Below are positions 62,501 through 64,000 of a stretch of 64,000 nucleotides of DNA, piece after piece (position 1 is the first letter of the stretch; each line of letters begins with the position of its first letter). Made by a program: the position numbers and the translations under genes. The stretch is from Chlorokybus atmophyticus. Lineage: Eukaryota > Plantae > Mesostigma and Chlorokybus algae. The DNA is taken from positions 317,380 through 381,379 of the forward strand of contig RHPI01001116.1 of assembly GCA_009103225.1 (NCBI GenBank). Reading direction: 5' to 3'. The notes below the pieces were generated by a model. That model searched no databases. It was not told where the DNA came from and saw only the letters and a program-made list of their open reading frames with translations.

Positions 62501-63616
62501 CACACCCACACACGCACACAGGCGTGCACACGCATGCACACGCAAGCGCGCATTGCACACACACAAACACGCATTGCAGCTTTTTATCTGTGTGTCATTG
62601 TGATTATAACAAATAACAACAGATAGTACGTGTACCTGAGGGTTCTTATACTCTCCAGGGCGTTCCTTCTTCAGGCGCCCAAATAGACCCATTGCGTTGT
62701 TGCATTGGTAGTCTCCATAAGTGGTGTTCTGGCACACAGCGACTGAAGGCTCCACGTCCATATCCGGAAACGCCTTCTTCAAGGCCTTCACAATGCAGGA
62801 CACATTGTCAGCGGGTGGTACGCCATTCATGCTATACGCGCCATGAGTGACTTGCACACATTGCATGTGTGCTAGTCAAGCTTGCAAGGGACAGCCACTG
62901 CTCACACTCTGTGCGAGTCAGTTGTATCGCAATGAATGCGACACAACCAACTAGCACACGAAGTGTGAGCAGTTGAGCAATGCTGACCTTTGTCAGTTCA
63001 CCCAACTGCACAAGCACCTGACACAACATAATTGACGACTGAATTGCTTGCTGACTCTCAATCAGTCATGCAACCAGCAAACAACGCACTCAGCATCAAC
63101 GAGTGCAGGCATTGTGAAAGTCCAACACTGCAATAGTTACAACTGTGTGCGTGAAACCCAAGCAGGCAGCTGCTGCCGCACAATCGCTGCATTGGGAGCT
63201 TTGTGGTAACTTGTTGGTCAATGCGAACACCAACCCTACTACATCTATTGAGCTGCAATCCTGCACACCTCTGCGAATAGAGCCTCCATACTGTCCGACA
63301 CGGCCGAACTGGCTGGGAACGTCTGAGCTGCGGCGGGCTGAGGCGGTGGGCTGGTTACAGCTGCAGCAGCGGCGGAAGCTCGGACGGCGAAGCTTGGGCG
63401 ACACAGACGAGTAGAACAAGCAGGCGCAGAACTACAAAGAGGAGGAGGAGGAGTCCAAGAAGGGCGGCCTGTGAGATGGGAGGAGAAACGGCGGCGGGCT
63501 TGCAGCACTGCCTTGCCAGCTGCTGAGCTGCGCCGGGAGAACTGCGACGTTGACGCTCCCACCAGTGACGTGGTCGTCAGTGCTATGCTAACGTGGCGCA
63601 CCTGCAACAATGCCAT
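59532..63616 (-). CDS. RARS: Arginyl-tRNA synthetase (class I) with an organellar transit peptide
   Basis: [10 protein letters not shown]; HIGH region [18 protein letters not shown]; [16 protein letters not shown]; GESFYNPYI; [14 protein letters not shown]; [15 protein letters not shown]; [17 protein letters not shown]; [23 protein letters not shown]. Confidence 0.97.
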
Positions 63617-64000
63617 CCACCCTAGCTCGCCATGCACACCGCCAACGTCGCCGCCGGCGCCCAGACCGCCGCCGCGGCAGGTTGGCTGCTGAGGGCAGTG
63701 ATATCCGCGTTATGCATTGCATAGCTATGCTGCAGGAGGCAACACCTATCATGTTCTTTCATGCATCAACAATGTTGATTCAACATGCGGTGCAATTGCA
63801 ATCTGTGCATGTCCGCACCACCTTTCAATTGGAGCACAAGTTGATTGTCCACGTTTACTTGTTGGTCACACAATCAGAGAGCATTGTATGGTAGTGGTAC
63901 TCAGTTGTGCTTTGATGCATTCAAATGTACGCAATGGCAAGTAATGCGCGTGTGCAATGGTTGTATATTTACACTATATAATGTATAACATAACACACAA

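Overview
Eukaryotic, intron-rich nuclear DNA from a green-lineage alga. Plant-type DRG, armadillo-repeat kinesin, transit peptides and telo-boxes suggest an early-diverging streptophyte alga (inference). It is a draft assembly: a 570-N gap at 43394-43963 and single-n joins at 8503, 17944 and 27235. By manual exon stitching I reconstruct 15 essentially complete multi-exon genes: DRG1-type GTPase(-), a degenerate PEP-carboxykinase-fold protein(+), lipid phosphate phosphatase(+), RPL39(-), a Ser-rich hypothetical protein(+), ENTH/epsin(-), SAICAR synthetase(-), PAM16(+), UBL5/HUB1(-), a class-I-type PITP(+), TFIIE-alpha(-), ARK kinesin(+), a BCM-like CPBP protein(-), DUF3007(+) and ArgRS(-). A sixteenth gene start runs off the left edge. 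Genes come in head-to-head pairs and alternate strand strictly from 30.6 kb onward; one pair has only 66 bp between start codons. A ~9 kb gene-poor tract (15.7-24.8 kb) holds decayed exons, GGTAC-rich palindromes, several near-perfect hairpins and a head-to-head TTAGGG/CCCTAA hairpin. The oddest structure is at 29151-29288: two abutting perfect hairpins with unrelated stems but a near-identical 22-nt loop. Other notable points are a G-skew/C-skew oscillation in phase with exon-intron structure, four AG|GCAAG (GC-AG) introns, an 8-nt micro-exon, and an intact copia RT fragment inside an epsin intron. I saw no rRNA, tRNA or CRISPR. Gene spans run from first to last coding base and include introns; exon boundaries were read by eye and no database searches were run.
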